Shown: piece by piece, positions 24,291 through 39,449 of the stretch | How the letters are laid out: every line of letters begins with the position of its first letter | How positions within the stretch are numbered: position 1 is the first letter of the stretch | From: Octopus vulgaris | Lineage: Eukaryota | Assembly: GCA_951406725.2 (NCBI GenBank) | Contig: OX597824.1 | Span: 4,774,001-4,838,000 of the forward strand | DNA: 64,000 nt | Direction of reading: 5' to 3' | Program-made: the position numbers and the translations under genes | The notes under the pieces: model-generated | What the model was told of the DNA's origin: nothing | Seen by the model: the letters and a program-made list of their open reading frames with translations, nothing else | The model's database searches: none

Positions 24291-26959
24291 GTACATGTAC
24301 TTGATACTCTAAAAAAATGGTAGAGAAACAAATAGATGTATACATGTAAATGTAAACTCACATATGCCAGTCTATATGGATGGATGGATGGATGGATGTA
24401 CCATGCTCAAAATCAGTCAGTCACAGTGATAAACATTAACTTCTTCAAAGTTGTTTAGCTAAAAACCTTTAAAAGAAAATCATAAGAATATTGAAAAAAA
24501 AACCTATGGTTGCTTGTTGTAACAGATGTAAACCTGAATAATGGCTTCTTTTAACTTATCAGTCATATGACTAAACATTTCACTTGAATAATGCTGGTGT
24601 ATTTTCTTGATAATCAGAAGATACCCATGTAATTTATTGGATTATAGATGATGCAGGGAAAAACTTTAGCAATAAGCACCCAATAACAGAATATTCAAAC
24701 GACAAACAAAATTGGAATCATTTCAAGAGGTAACTTCAAACTTCAATCAAAGTTGGAAGATTTTATTTTTGTAAATTTTAAATGTAAATTTCATCAATTT
24801 GACACAAACGAAATTTTGAGAACGTTTTCTTTAATCTTTCTCTCTGAACTTTGTTACCGTATCACAAAACGAACATCTGTACAACAAAACGTTATCAACC
24901 CTGTTATCATTTTTACATAGCTCCACACTCTGCTTGCTTGATACAGAGATTAAATATTATATGAAGGGAAAACTTATACAGTGCTGGTACAAATAGAATG
25001 GCAGATTCAGTAAAGCACTCCCTTAATTGTCTTTCAGTATTATCCCTGTTTCTCAGTTCTTTGAGCTTATTTCTCACTAGCGTTGATTTTTCTCTTTAAT
25101 TCTCTCAAGTTTGATAAAATAATATCAAGCCTGCATTAGAAATATGATCAATCGCTGATATCCTGCCCTTAAAATTTTGTAATTTATTACCAAAGTAAGA
25201 AATCATTTTTATTGGTACTGTGATGTCACTGAGACTTTAGTTTCACTTCTGTGATAGTTCCAACAATAAAACTTTATCATCTTCAGGCTTTCCTTCAGTT
25301 GCAGTTAGGCTTTGTAAAGTAGAAATAAAGTTCAAGTTTGGTTGTTTTTTTGCAACTGAGGTTTAAAATGACATTGTGAAATGTGTCAACAGTCCCAAAG
25401 AAACAACCAACCAATATCCTGCCTCAACCAAGTATCATATGTCTAATGCTCCAAACTAAAGATAAGATGGTCATACTATAAACAAGTACTTTATTTTGTA
25501 TAATTAACGAGCTGTATATGATAAATATTTTCAGGCAGAGATAATAGCAACTTTAAGAACATTACTGACATAGAATCTTAAAGCAACATACCACAGAACC
25601 ATGCTAACCACATAGTATTATAAATTGCCATCTGAGAAAGATAATTCTCCCTATTTTTGCCAACTGTAAAGTTTACATATCAAATACAGCAAATATTTGT
25701 GAATTGGACACATGATCGTGGCAAAAAACTAATTGTAATTATTAACTGAATCATAAATAATGATGAAATGAGTCATAAATCAAAAGTGTTTAAGGATTTG
25801 AAAATTGGCAAATATGATTAAAATAAAAAAAATATCTATGCCTTACAAAAATTTCTTGACAAAATTATACAAGAAAAAAACATGATTTAAACATAAAACG
25901 AGTAACATAATTCTTAAAGAAATATATTAATTAAAAATATTAAAATAATTACATTTATTCTTTACATCAGCATTTTCCCATGATGATGATAAAGTCCACA
26001 GAATAATGAATTGTCACCATGTAATTGTATTAACACATGTCTTACTGCATGCATACCATTGTTAGTAAAGTGAGTCTGTAGAACAGCTTCAAATTCCAAG
26101 TAGACCCATATCACTCCACTGATTCTTCATATTACTGGCTAATAAAGACTGAATAGACTAACTCATAAAGAATTTTAAGATGTTCAACACAAGCAGATTC
26201 ACGCATACATAATTCAGTTTAAGTTATTGTGAAATTATTTACAATAAAAATTTCTCACAGCTCAGATTTCAATCTGATATATATATTTGTTATGATTGAC
26301 GCTATTCAAAACTAAATGCAATGTGAGCTCAAGATAACACAACAATATATACAGTAATATATAATGATAATCTTCATATAATGATTGTTAAATTTGTCCA
26401 TTTGTTACAGAACTTCTGGATCAGCTGCATCCTTCATCTCTCTCTCTCTCTCTCTCTCTCCTGCATACGTGTGTGAGTGTGTGCGTACGTGTACACACAC
26501 ACATATATATGCAAATATGACAGTATACCTGTCTGTCTCTCTTACTGAGCTATTTTCATTTCTCAACACCATTGTTAAAAGCATTTACTTATTAAGCTAC
26601 AATTGTTGAAGATAAGAACTTTCTTATTTTAAAATGGAACATATGAAAAGTAAACAAAAACCGAAACAAATTTCCATTCATAGATTTCTCTTCAGAAAAC
26701 TTACAAATAAATGGGTTTTTAATTTGCTTTTCATAAGTTACTTTTATAAAAAAAAAAAAAAAAGAAATGTCTGTCAACCTCTCTATCTATGTTTTTACAC
26801 TGAGCTCTTTTTCCCAACACACAAATAACCCAGATACACAAGCACCATTTGTCAGTCTCGCTTCCTTCCCTTCCATTATTTCAGAGAGACAGTTGAATGA
26901 TTAATTTCTTGCAGCCATTTTCAAGGAATCAGCTGCTGACACTTCCACAAAAGCAAGCA

Positions 26960-27250
26960 AAAAAATACTGGTGTTGAGGACATACTTTGCAGACTCTCTG
27001 TATCAACCTACAACCATCCAGCACAGATTCCCCCACCCCACCCCCATCAGATCTGCATTCATCATGTTGATAAACAAAAGACAAAAGCATGCCCATCAAA
27101 ATATGGCATTTCCCTGCCTACAACGGTGGTACTCATACGTGGTCAGTTGTATGCTGCTCTCAGTAAATTTGAGGATCCTTCACACATGAAGATTCTTGCT
27201 GATCAAATCCAATTTACTATGTCAAGAATATTTTACAGATATCTTGGTTA
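26960..27250 (+). pseudogene. Helitron PIF1-type helicase C-terminal remnant
   Basis: HRFP..IRSAFIMLINKRQ (QFP.R.AFAMTINKSQ-like), then RGQLYAALSK (HGQLYVALSR-like) and KIL. Confidence 0.75.
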
Positions 27251-27502
27251 AGAAAATGTTAAATTGATAAAAAATGTTGTCTGCACAGACATTGGTTGAT
27301 AATCAAAATTTCCTGTTGTATACAATGTTGCATATAGAAATAAAAACATTTGCTTTATTAAATGTTTTTATAATTTCAACATTGTTTTATCTTTCTTTTA
27401 ATTATTTCTTTCTTGAATATATACCTACATTTCATGAAACAATATATTACTTATTCCATGCATAAAGAAAAGGGTCCCGTACTAATTAGGTCCTGTACTA
27501 AT

Positions 27503-27806
27503 CAAGAGTGGCTGTGTAGTAAGTAGCTTGCATACCAACCACATGGTTCCAGGTTCAGTCCCACTGCACGGCACCTTGGGCAAGTATCTTCTACTGTAGC
27601 CTCGGGCCGACCAAAGCATTGTGAGTGGATCTGGTAGACAGAAACTGAAAGAAGGCTGCTGCTGTATGTATGTACCTATGTGTGTATGTGTGTATGTGTG
27701 TGTGCTCCCCCCCCCCCAACATCGCTTGACAACCGATGCTGGTGTGCTTACATCCCCATAACTTAGCAGTTCAACAACAGAGACCGATAGAATAAGTACT
27801 AAGCTT
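27503..27806 (+). mobile_element. SINE family A, 3' truncated
   Basis: GTGGCTGTGTAGTAAG...GGCACCTTGGGCAAG... Confidence 0.85.
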
Positions 27807-28040
27807 ACCCATCATCTCACTATTTTCAAAAAGCTACAAACTCCTAATGTTTCACATTTAGCTTTTGGGGAAGCAGGAAAGTTTCTTCAGAAATAATGTC
27901 ATTTACCTGTTGTTTCTAGCATGTCAGGTTTTCTTGTGGTGGTCTGCTATTTCAGTACAACTCTACACATGCATGAAACATCAGAGAGAAAGTGAAACAT
28001 TAGGAGCTTTTAGCTTTTTGAAAGTGGGTAGGTGATGGGT
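27807..28040. mobile_element. MITE-like element with ~49-bp inverted termini
   Basis: 27807-27855 is roughly 80% complementary to 27992-28040. Confidence 0.65.
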
Positions 28041-28769
28041 GGATGAGGTAGGGGAAGGGGCATTGAGTATTTCTTTAAGAAAAATTAAACTTAAAAACAA
28101 AATATATATTCCCCAGATTCGTAATCTCTGTATTTTCCTACGCGGATATAAAAAAAAATTTGATAAAAGTTACAAGTTAAGAAATTGCAGTGGGGATGGG
28201 AGGGAAATTATAATTTTGAAAACATGATTTCTGGGCAAAATCGTATTAACCACCTTTTATACGATGAAACAATACATAGTTTGTGATCCTTCTTAAGAAC
28301 AGAAAGCACTTTCATACAAACCCATGCAATTTATACCCTCACCCTGCCCTTCACTTTTAAACAAACAATAACCTCTATTATGCCAGTAATCCAGTTCCTT
28401 ATATATCAGCTGTGCTGATTCAACCCATAAGGAAGGAACAAATAATACAATGTGGCTGTAGGTCATAACACCCAGACAATGACGGGATGCATTGCTATAA
28501 TAAAATATGACGAAATAATATATAATAGACATAAGATAAAATAATATGTAATTAGATATATTGTGGTACAGTGAAATATCACAATACACATAAGATATAA
28601 CTGCAAAAGATTATAATAATACAACTACACTGAAATGTGAAATATTTCCATACAAAGGAATGACAGAAGGTTAAGATTAGCTATGTAACAGCCCTGAAAA
28701 TGAAATAGCTCTTTGATTTGGTTATCAAGGTTCAAGCAGTTATTTTTAGCATCTACTAAATGATTGCTA

Positions 28770-28990
28770 CATGAAAACCCTGCAGCTGAAGTGGATACTG
28801 TCTAAGAGGATGCAAAAGTCTTCCTAAAACAGTGACCGTGATTAATCTCTGGAAACAAAAATTGAATGCCAAAGAATTTTTGAGAAGCTCTCACCACTTT
28901 GCCAAAATCTGTTTTGGTCTGATGAAACATGAAGTAATTGCTATATCACATTGTTTTGCAATAGGTCAGGTTGTTTTTAACTGTACACTG
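28770..28990 (+). pseudogene. Tc1-like transposase remnant
   Basis: KLNAKEFL...NLFWSDET (WSDE motif) across a frameshift. Confidence 0.4.
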
Positions 28991-29564
28991 GGAGGAGTTA
29001 AAGAGCAGATTCAACGTCAGATTGTGCATGGTGAATAAGACCAATACAGATCACAAAAATCTATCTGGAATATGGTATAATGGAATCTGAAGCTTTTCAC
29101 ATTACTCCTACAATCAACAATGAGCACATTAGTATTTCTGTTCAATGCCAAACTATTGTCAGTACACTTTATCACTAACCTCTGCCCTCTTGTAGGCTTT
29201 ACACATCAAACTTTATAACCTTTATGGAACTACTGAAATGCTATTTCAGGTGAAAAATTACAGTTTGAGGCTTAACACATATCCCCATGGTTCACCAGTG
29301 TTCATGATAATAGGGAAAGAAGTGTGGTGTGCCCAATCTAAAATCAAGTAGGATAACAGAATACTTAAACTCAGGTTATGATGCTTCAAAACTGACTTAG
29401 TAGGCTCAACAGTATTAAATTCTGATTAAAACAGCATTTTCACATAGGACCCTCCATGCCAAGTGGGTCAGCAGAGCATGAAAAAATATTGAAAAACCTT
29501 CATCTATAAGCTTAATTTCTATATACATGCTGTTGGTGATAGTTTTCCTTCTCTGGACTTTCCA

Positions 29565-29605
29565 TTTTCTTTTCTGACAAAGAGCTATGCTCCAAACATA
29601 GAAAA
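29565..29605 (+). ncRNA. Decayed minimal hammerhead motif
   Basis: TTTT CTGACAA A GAGC TAT GCTC CAAAC ATA GAAA. Three changes, all at CpG positions, restore CTGACGA-A-GAGC..GCTC-GAAAC-GTA. Confidence 0.55.
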
Positions 29606-29703
29606 TCCTCCCTTTTTTCCACTTTTACCGAGTGTCAAACTAATACATTCAATGTGCACATCCTCTTGTTGTTTTGTTATTTTTAATGTTCGATAATTCG
29701 ATT

Positions 29704-29753
<50 letters not shown>

Positions 29754-30681
29754 ACAAAAGAGTTACATTATGAAAAAGAGCAACTATATAACTGGACAGT
29801 AATGTATAGGTTTAATATAACTCAACCATGATGAAATAATATCTGTTTCAACACTCAATTTCAAATTAAATTTCTTTCTAAAAATATTCAGAAAAATATC
29901 ATTTCTTATTAAATATCCAACTAAACTTGACTTTAGCCAGACTAGGAAGCCATAGACAAAAAAAAACCCTGTTATTTGCTGTCACAAGAAACTACCATAC
30001 ATACAATTTTTCTATCTACAATAAAGCATTCTCTCATAATTATAGTTTATCTAGTCTTAAACATATTCACTTAAAGGAGAAGCCATATGACCGTGATATC
30101 TATGGTAAAATATACAGTCAAAGTAGCCAGTTATCTCAATATAAATGGTTGCACAAAAGAGATAAGCAGAAGCAGAATTACAATTCTAATAAGCAAAAAC
30201 TATATACGAAGATAATACTTGCTCATATTGCAAAATAATTTCTAACACTACGATTCTATTTCAGGGCATTGTTTGTAAACGAGTGAAGTCATACACTGTT
30301 ACAAATGTTTTGAATATTTTCCATACTTTGTATTTCATGAAACAAAATACATAAATGTGATAACATTTTTACATCATAATTTTATAATTGCATAGTCTGA
30401 AAGAAAATGTCAGTACCTATATTCTTTGCCAACAAATGATCGTCCAGAAAAATACAATTGATGGTAATTTTTGTGTTACCCAATATATCATCAATGAAGA
30501 AACATAACACATAAAATTAAACAAAACACATAAAAAAAAAGAAAACATCAAACAAAGGCAAATTTTCCAACAAGACAGTGGTGATTTTTGTTTTATAATT
30601 AACCAGAGTTCTCTTTTCTTTGGTTAACTTCCTAGTAGATGAGGAGTTACATATTGCCAGTGAAATATGTTAATGAATATT

Positions 30682-30877
30682 CTTTTCTTTTCTAGAAAGG
30701 CCCAAAATTTTTGGAGAGTGGGGGCCAGTCGATTAGATCGACCCCAGTATGCAACTGGTACTTAATTTATCAACCCCGAAAGGTTAGCAGAATTTGAACT
30801 CAAAACGTAAAGACAGATGAAATAGCACAAAGCATTTTGCCCGGTATGCTAACGTTTCTGCCAGCTCACTGCCTTAG
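30682..30877 (-). mobile_element. SINE family C with 17-bp TSD
   Basis: TSD ATATGTTAATGAATATT at 30665-81 and 30878-94; tRNA-like head at the right end. Confidence 0.9.
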
Positions 30878-31857
30878 ATATGTTAATGAATATTAAAGTA
30901 TCAAAATAGCTAATAAACTGCAATTTTTAGAGTGAAATGTTTCTTTGAGATTTCTCACCCTTTAGCCTGTTTATTCTAGTTATAATTCTTTGCCTTGTGT
31001 AAGTAGTATAGAAGGCCAGAAAATGAAGAGATTAGGTACCATTAGGATCATGGTTTTCATTTCACTTGGATCAAGTTAATGTTATAATGTAAATGTTATC
31101 AGCAAAGTAATATGCAACTTAACAATTCCATGTCCATCATAAAACCTTGCTTTATATGTTTGTAAATGAGAGAGGGGGGAGAGACAGAGAAAGAAAGAAT
31201 TAGAAACAAGCAACTCATCACACACATTAGTATATTCACACACACACACATTTATGTATGTATTAATATATGTATGTGTGCATGCATGTATGTATGTATG
31301 TATTTCCATATACACCTGATATTTTCATAAACAGACACACCTGCACATATATATGTATATAAATCTATTATCACAAAAAGTATTAACACCCTCACCAGAA
31401 TCTCAACCCTAATTCAATGCAAAATATCTCCCAATATGAAAAATCAGTTTATCAAATAAAGAAATGAAACATAATATTAATTGTTTTATATTTCATTTAA
31501 AAATCAATAAATTTTAATGGTAAATTAAAATTTATTGTTTCCAAATGTTGCAGTTTTCTAAATCTATGTATAAGGATTGATTCTGTTGATTTCACTTTTT
31601 TTTTTATAATTTCTTGTTAAGTTTTTAAATTATAACTGAAATACTTTTAATTATATCTTAGAAAGTAGAATGACCTTCTCAGAAAAGAGAGGTGATCCAA
31701 AATATTAGAAGCAGAATGGAAAGAGAACAAAGGACAAAAAGCTAACCTCTAATGCCAACAAAGAGATATTGTTAGAAAGGTTGGTACCTGATTTGGAAAA
31801 AAATCATAGGTTAATTTTAAGCTGTTTTTTCTCTTTCCCTTTTTACAAAATGCTAGA

Positions 31858-31997
31858 ATCATCATCATCGTTTAACACCCATTTTCCATGCTAGCATGGG
31901 TTGGATGATTTGACTGACGTCTGGTGAACCAGATGGCTGCACCAGACTCCAATCTGATTTGGCAGAGTTTCTACAGGAAGGGTATCCACCTGTAGAA
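31858..31997 (-). mobile_element. Family B fragment
   Basis: (CAT)n CGTTTAAC...CATGCTAGCATGGGTTGG. Confidence 0.8.
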
Positions 31998-34284
31998 TGC
32001 CTATGGCAATCACTACAAGTCTGTGCAGTCAAAGCTAGTCAAGCATACTCAACACCACCACCACATTTGAACCCATAACAATGTGTTAGGTACAATTGTA
32101 CTTAACTATTAAAATCCTAGATTTGAAGATTTTCACACCAGTTACCAAATCCTAAGCTGCACAAAAATGCAGTTTAAATATCATTATTTGGGATGAAAAA
32201 CTGAAACTAAACACTTCTGAGCAAGAAACTAAGTTGAGCACCATTTTAGAAAGAACTTCCTATCAAAATCCTTCCTACTTATTATATTTAACTTTTGAAA
32301 TTTTAGCAAGTAAAATTCTTTGGACTTTTTCTGCCTTTCGTTTTCGAGCTTAATAACAGTTAACACCTCAAATATTTAGTTAGAATTTGATAATATTATT
32401 TATTAGTCATTTATTTATTATTATCTATTTATTAATGATTTAATTAGGAAATCAATGCACAGGAAACAATACCTTGTAAATGTATGTCTAATGCTGAAGT
32501 GTATTCAACTTAAAGGGACAGATGAAGGGACATGACAACAGGTATAAATCAACAACAGATAAAAACTACATTCAAAACTTACACCAACAATTATATTGTA
32601 TCAGCATCATCATCGTTTAGCGTCCGCTTTCCATGCTGTAGTTATATTCTTATGATATTTATACAGGACTATCAGCATTTCCTCAAAATCTCAAGTTTCT
32701 AATCTCAAAACGATTGAGGTTCTTATACAGAGAAATCATTGTAGGATTTTAAGAGTTAAGCTATAACCTCACAGCCAGAGTATGTCTGATTTTCATAAAC
32801 TAAACTATTTCAGTTCCTTATCTCCCTGCCAAAATTTATAGAGCATACAATTTCTCTAGAATTGCCAATATACGTACAAGCAGGAGGCTTGGTTGAAGTT
32901 AAGATTGATTTTTCAATTTTACATTTTTTCACAATTAAAAAAAGAAGTCGGTATTATGTGCCAGGAAGAAAAATCAATACACAAATCCAGTCATAGTGAG
33001 ATCAAAGTGCCAACCTATATACCAGAATGCCATGAATACAAACCATTAGAACCACCTTCCTTTTGCTCTTATGTAAAGCACACTAGATTGCATACAGTTG
33101 AAACTAGGTACCATTTTCATTTCCTGGGTGATGGGCATTAGCAGAAAGGCTGTCTAATTGTAGAAATGATTTGCTTCAAATAATCATATAGGAAAAGGCA
33201 AAAAACAAAGAAGAAAGAATTCAATCTATGCTAATATTGATAGGTTTAAGAAAACTATTTTAAACATAAACTGTGTGTTCTTTAAACCAGCTACTCAGCC
33301 ACCGAAAGGACAATTACCTCTTTTGTCATTTCCTTGCTGAAATAGTTTATAAATGTCAGACACATCGTGAGTGTGGTATTATGCTTCAATTACTGTACTG
33401 ACCACATGGTCATGAATTTAAACTTTATCATGGACAAGTTTCTAACGAAAGAGAGTACTCAACATAATCAAGTAACTCTGCTTTTTCTAGCATGAACATC
33501 ACTAAACACTATTTTAGATATTTTCAAATGAACAGAAATATTAATATTTCAATAACTTCAAAATGAATAAAAAAAATAATAATTATAAAATTTAATATTC
33601 AAAAGTTCAAATATTAAGTATTGGGAAAAAATTGGAAATGAAATTAAAGAAATATTACTAACAAGTTTAATGATTGCTGTATAAATATATGAGTGAATTT
33701 AAAAACAACTGAAAAACTTGATAGTAAATGAAACTCTTAACTCCAGTGGATAAAAATGAAACGGCAAGTGAAATAAATCATCTAAATATAAATAACTCAT
33801 CCAGCTTGAACAGTATTCCCAATTAAGCTCTTCACAGTCACTTTTTTTAACGATAAACCTGACAAATTTAATTAATCAATCTCCTGGAACTGGAACTTGT
33901 CTTGAACTATGTAAACGAGCTAAATGCAATCACTGTACATAAAGTAAGCTGGCATATTCACACTGGAAAACAAATTTGCTTCTTATGTTAACTGCCAGGT
34001 ACTTAAGAAAACTACAGAGAAAAGAATATATTCCTATTTAACCAAATCCAGTTTTATATATGAAAAAAAGTTCTTTTAAAACCAATTAGGTGTTAATTAT
34101 ACTTCCATTAGTCTCAATCACACACAATTACAATATGACTAAACACCAAGATACAGTGAGAGCAGAATACTGACTTAAAGTATGACAATATAAACTAATG
34201 AATGCTTTGTGCTAACACTATTTTTTTTTTGTCTTTGTTCAGTTCGACAAGCATCAAACTTAAACCAATTTAGAAAAACAAGTA

Positions 34285-34995
34285 TATCATCATTATCATT
34301 ATTCTATGTCCATTTTTCCACACTTGCATGAGTTTGATGAATCTTGTCCAGCACAACACTCGCCACTTTTCGCAGTTGTTTTGTCATCTCTTTGAGGAGA
34401 TTCACCTTTCTCCACTCTGTTCCATACCTTCTTTGGTCTTCTACTGCCAGAGCTAACTTCCATTTGACCCTTCTTTACCCAATTGTCATATGCCTTACGT
34501 GCCCTTACCATTGAAGCCTTTTCTTCTGGTAACGCTTCATTTTGATTCTTCTTACACTCTCACCTCATTTGTGCTTCATTGTTCCTATACATTAATATTA
34601 AACATCCAGAGGACCATGTTTCCTCTGATCCTTTCTGGCCTTCATACATCCTCCACATTCAATTCATGTTTTGTTACCATGCACCATGAAATCTGTCCTT
34701 CACTTGGAAAAAGAATGCATTTATTTCCAGCAGAGGCAATAGTTGCTTGGACTTTTCCACCCCATTCTTACTCTGGCTACCATGTTTTCAGAACATCCAC
34801 CTCCGCTGCTAATTAAAACAGATAGGTAACAAAAGCTATCAGCTACTTATATGGAGATGTCTCAACATTTCTAAGAGTTTATTTCATATGTGCTCTCCCT
34901 GCTAACTACACCTGTGCATCTGCTATCTTTCCCTATCAACTTGCATGTGATCCAACTATGCTGCTTGTGCACACACAGTTAAAACTGAGCAAGGC
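34285..34995 (-). mobile_element. RTE LINE 3' fragment, decayed
   Basis: GSRRPKKVW-like C-terminus and CATGCAAGTGTGGAAAAATGGAC...(TGA)n tail. Confidence 0.65.
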
Positions 34996-37900
34996 ATATG
35001 GAATTTCTACTGATGTTTTTTTTTCTCTTCAGCTATACCATTTCTTTGTTGAGTATTATGGTACTCACTGGATATATAAAATTCTTTTTAAACTATAGAG
35101 CAACATCTCAAAATGAAAGTTCCAAGACCTATTGATATTGGTAGTTATATTCATGAATTCCATACATTACAATTTAAATATGATATTTGTCAATTTGATG
35201 ACACCACTGTCTCATTTGCATATGCATATTATTCAAAATGAAAAAAATTCTCTTAAAACTCAGGTTGAAGCAATTATCACATGGCTACTGACAACTAAAT
35301 TATTGTTAACATTAAAAAAACGAACTAAATTCATTATGTAATGATGAAAAACAAACATCAACTAAAAATAACTATAATTTTCATCAATTCATTAAGTATA
35401 ATAACAGACAAACTTTGGTCTTATTAGACCTCATCAGCAGAACATAAGCTTCACTGTACTTCTTTGAGTAGGGATGAGAATTATCAAGTAGATGTACAAT
35501 ATTGTTGATGCAAATTTCATACCTGCTCATGTACAATACTGTACAACTGCTAAGTGATTCTTACCTTAAATGAGGCGAAGTCTACACTAAGAAAGATTTA
35601 ATAGGACCAAAACTTACCCAGAGTTGTTTTTTGCACTTGTTGAAATGATTAAAATTTTAGTCACTGAGCTAATATCATCTTCTTCTCAGCACTTAATTAT
35701 TTTTAATTAACATTTTGATGCTCACTGCATTAACTATCGTTTTTCATGATGTCTTTGAGTAATTCCTTTCACGCCCAGGTGATTGGTCTCCTCAAAGCAT
35801 TATTGAATGCAAACCTTTTTATATTATTTTCCATCTATGAAGAAAGCTGACAATAAAGGAAAAACTCAAATTATATGAGAAACCCTTTTTAGTCAGATAT
35901 GTTAGCTATCTATATTATTAATGAATATCTACTTGATCCATGACATTAAAGGCCAGAGTACTAAATTAGTTTTGGCTAATGGAATTCAACCAAAAGCTAC
36001 ATTACAATATGCTTGCCTAAAACGACTAACATATCTCTATCCTACTCTAATTTTATTCCTATTTGATTTTTGAAATCCCAGTGTAATCCATACGATGCAA
36101 AGAAATATTGAAATTTATTCCAGCATCATAATATATTCTCTAAATATCCATATCCACACTAATGACCAATTCTCTAGAGATAAAATTCCAAAGCTTAGTG
36201 ATATTAATGTAATACATATATCTTTAACGTTTTGTATAAATTTACTATGCTTGCATGGTTGGGATTGGTCTTTATTGGTGCAGACTATTTAATAGTTTAG
36301 ATATTCTTTCTTCTTCTAAACCATAAAGTGATTGTGGAAGAAACATATTTCTCAATCAGGGAAACTGGAAAGAGCAGAGTTATGCACCTTACTCAGGGTT
36401 ATAATACAATGACAAAAATATTTGAGCTTATGACTATATGGTTAGTAGACATTACAGCTAATGAGCCTCATCGCAGCCATTGTAATTCATTTGATAATAA
36501 AAACAAGATTCTGCTTTGTTTTCTTTTGTTTGTTTTGTTTTTTTGGTAGTGTGGTTAGTCTTTATTTGTAAAGATCTTGAGAATCCATTCCAATCAAGAA
36601 CTAGATGCAAAAATTATGAGACTGTCTGCATCTGGTTGTGTCACTATTAAGAATGATTTTTAGTAGCACAAGGCCAAAAATTGGTAGAGGAAGGGTACAG
36701 TTAATTGAATCACCCCAGCATTAACACTTCAAAGATGAAAGACAACATTTCTTTGTGGAGCTTGGATTGGAACATAGAAAGATGAAATTAAATACTATTA
36801 GACATTTATTCTGATACTCAAACGATTCTTCCCAATTATAATTATTTAATCCTTAACAACCTCGCTTTCATTCACATGGAAGCTGATTTTTATAAATAGC
36901 ATGACTACTTGAATGCTTCTGCATACAATGTTGCATTTGTGAGCACATTTATAAATACCTATACTCTTAATTATAAAGATAGCTCTGGAATCAGTCTCAA
37001 TATATTTAATTCTTGGAATATTTCAAAAACTAAAGCAAGATTATAATTGAGGTGAATGAAAAGTACATATTGAAGAAAGAGAAGATGCATCAAGTCCACA
37101 ACCACAGTGAAGACAAATTAACTGCATCATCCAAATAAAGCTAATACAGGGTAAATGGGATATGTCGGTCAAGGTGGACAACCTTCCTAGTACTAGTAGC
37201 ATGATAAAATACACCCAGTCTCAAAGTAAAACAGTTGTGAATAGGAAGGTTGTCCAGTCATGAAAAACTTCCATGTCAAACACAACAACACAGAATGGTA
37301 ATCTTTTCTTTGTATGTATAAGAACACAATGGACTGGTAGAGACAGATCCAATACAGGCCAATGTAAAAGGGTATATTATAGCAATAATAATGAGAATAC
37401 TTAGTAATTGAAACAATGTTACAGACACACATGCTAAAATTCATCATTGTAACTTGGCATCTGCATGTGTGTGTGCACGCATGCACACACACGCACGTAC
37501 ACACATCTGGATAACAATGCGTAGTAATTACTTTTGCTGAAGTTATCAGTACTATAAATCAAGTTAGCCTAGTGACAGATCACTTCCTCCACAAATCAAA
37601 TGACTCTGGAAGATGTTGTTGTATGTCCTCCCTAATAAATTGTCTCATGCTGACATTGCTACAGCTTTTCCTGGTAGGCTATAAATTAAGTGACCATAAA
37701 TACATGATTATAATTTCTTTTTTTCAGTCTTTTGTTCTTTTAAGTTATCATGCAAGATTTGAAGTTGGTCGCATACACGAGTAAATGACTTTTGGTGTTT
37801 AGTTTCATCCTTATGTTTCAAATTCAAATCCCACTATGACCAATTTTGCATTTCGTCTCAAAATTTGAAATAAGATTCAACTATGGTCCCTCACCAACAA

Positions 37901-39376
37901 ATTGCAACCTTGTTTCAATGTTGGAAATCAATATTTGGTTAGATTCTATATTTATTTGTTTTCTTCTTTCTTCTTCTCTTCAGTCCTTTATTTTTCAAGA
38001 GCAAAATCTCATTGAATGATCAAAATTTCAAATCATATCTGTACTTTCATGGTATTGCTGTAGTAATTAAGTTATCTACTAGACTAACTTCATCATTTGT
38101 CTTTCCTTTTCTAGATTAAGTTTCCATAAGTATATTTGCCTACTGTATTTTACATGCTCATAAGACTACATATAATTCAATACAGGTAATAATTTCTTTT
38201 ATCCCCAATGAAAAACCCTACCTGAAATATTAGATAACTCTTCTTTCTCATGGTAAACTAACTTATACTACTTTCTGAGCCTTTTTTCATGTCACTATTT
38301 GTTGATGCAGACTATCACCAAATTCCTCATAGTCTACAGTCTCATTGTATTAAAACTCTAGGCCAAAGCGTATAACTGACAAGGTAAGTGAAAAGTGGGA
38401 GTAGAGCCTACATGATGTAGTAAAAAGAAGAGTATCCAACTACAGAAACTATCGCTTCAACAGAATACAGACATATAAACATGCTAAAACTGACCCAATG
38501 TATGAGTAACATAGAAAAATGTGTTTAAAACAAGCATCAGAAATAATAAAGAGATAACACAAAATGCTTTGTAACAATATCTTTTGTTCGTGAAGTCTAT
38601 AAAGTAAGTACCAGTAATATTCTGAAGCCAATTAAATCAACATCTCCCTTTCTTGTAAATTTATACAGCCCTATGCCAAAGTAGTAAATCATTATTTTAA
38701 TATAGTTAAAATCTATAACAGTACACAGTTGTGCATCACTTTAAAATCTACTGCAGGTTTTTGCAGTTCTCTCAATTAAAATTATTAATTTGTTCAGCTG
38801 TTTATTTTTTCATTCTGCGTCATCTTTAAGAAATCTATTTTCAGTACTGCATCATACTAAAATAGAAATAATGATTTCTTTATTTTACTTTATTCCTTTT
38901 TATACAGAAAAAAAAAATTAGAATAATGTTCTGAAGAAATTCGTGTGCATATAAATACATGTGTATATATATGCACACACACACATACACACATATATAT
39001 AAACATACATTTATATATGTGTATGTATTTGTAGAGATTATGTAATGTATAAATTTCAATTTTCAAACAAGAAAAAGGTTTTCTTAATATTGTTTTCAGT
39101 CAAAAATGAAAAAGAAAAAAAGTACATTTTTATCAGAGCCGAGTAACTTTCACATTTTACATGTAAACACCTTAATCATCCTGCTATATACTTTGTTGCC
39201 AAGACAACAAAGATATGTATAGAAAACAGCATATAAATAGCTTATGTACTATGCAACCACCTTTAGTCTAATCTAATGAAGCTAACATAAATTCTAATGA
39301 AAATTAGAATTCTAATCAAAATTACCTCATAATTAAAACAATTTTTTGTTTAATCTAGATCCTCCATTTACTAACC

Positions 39377-39449
<73 letters not shown>

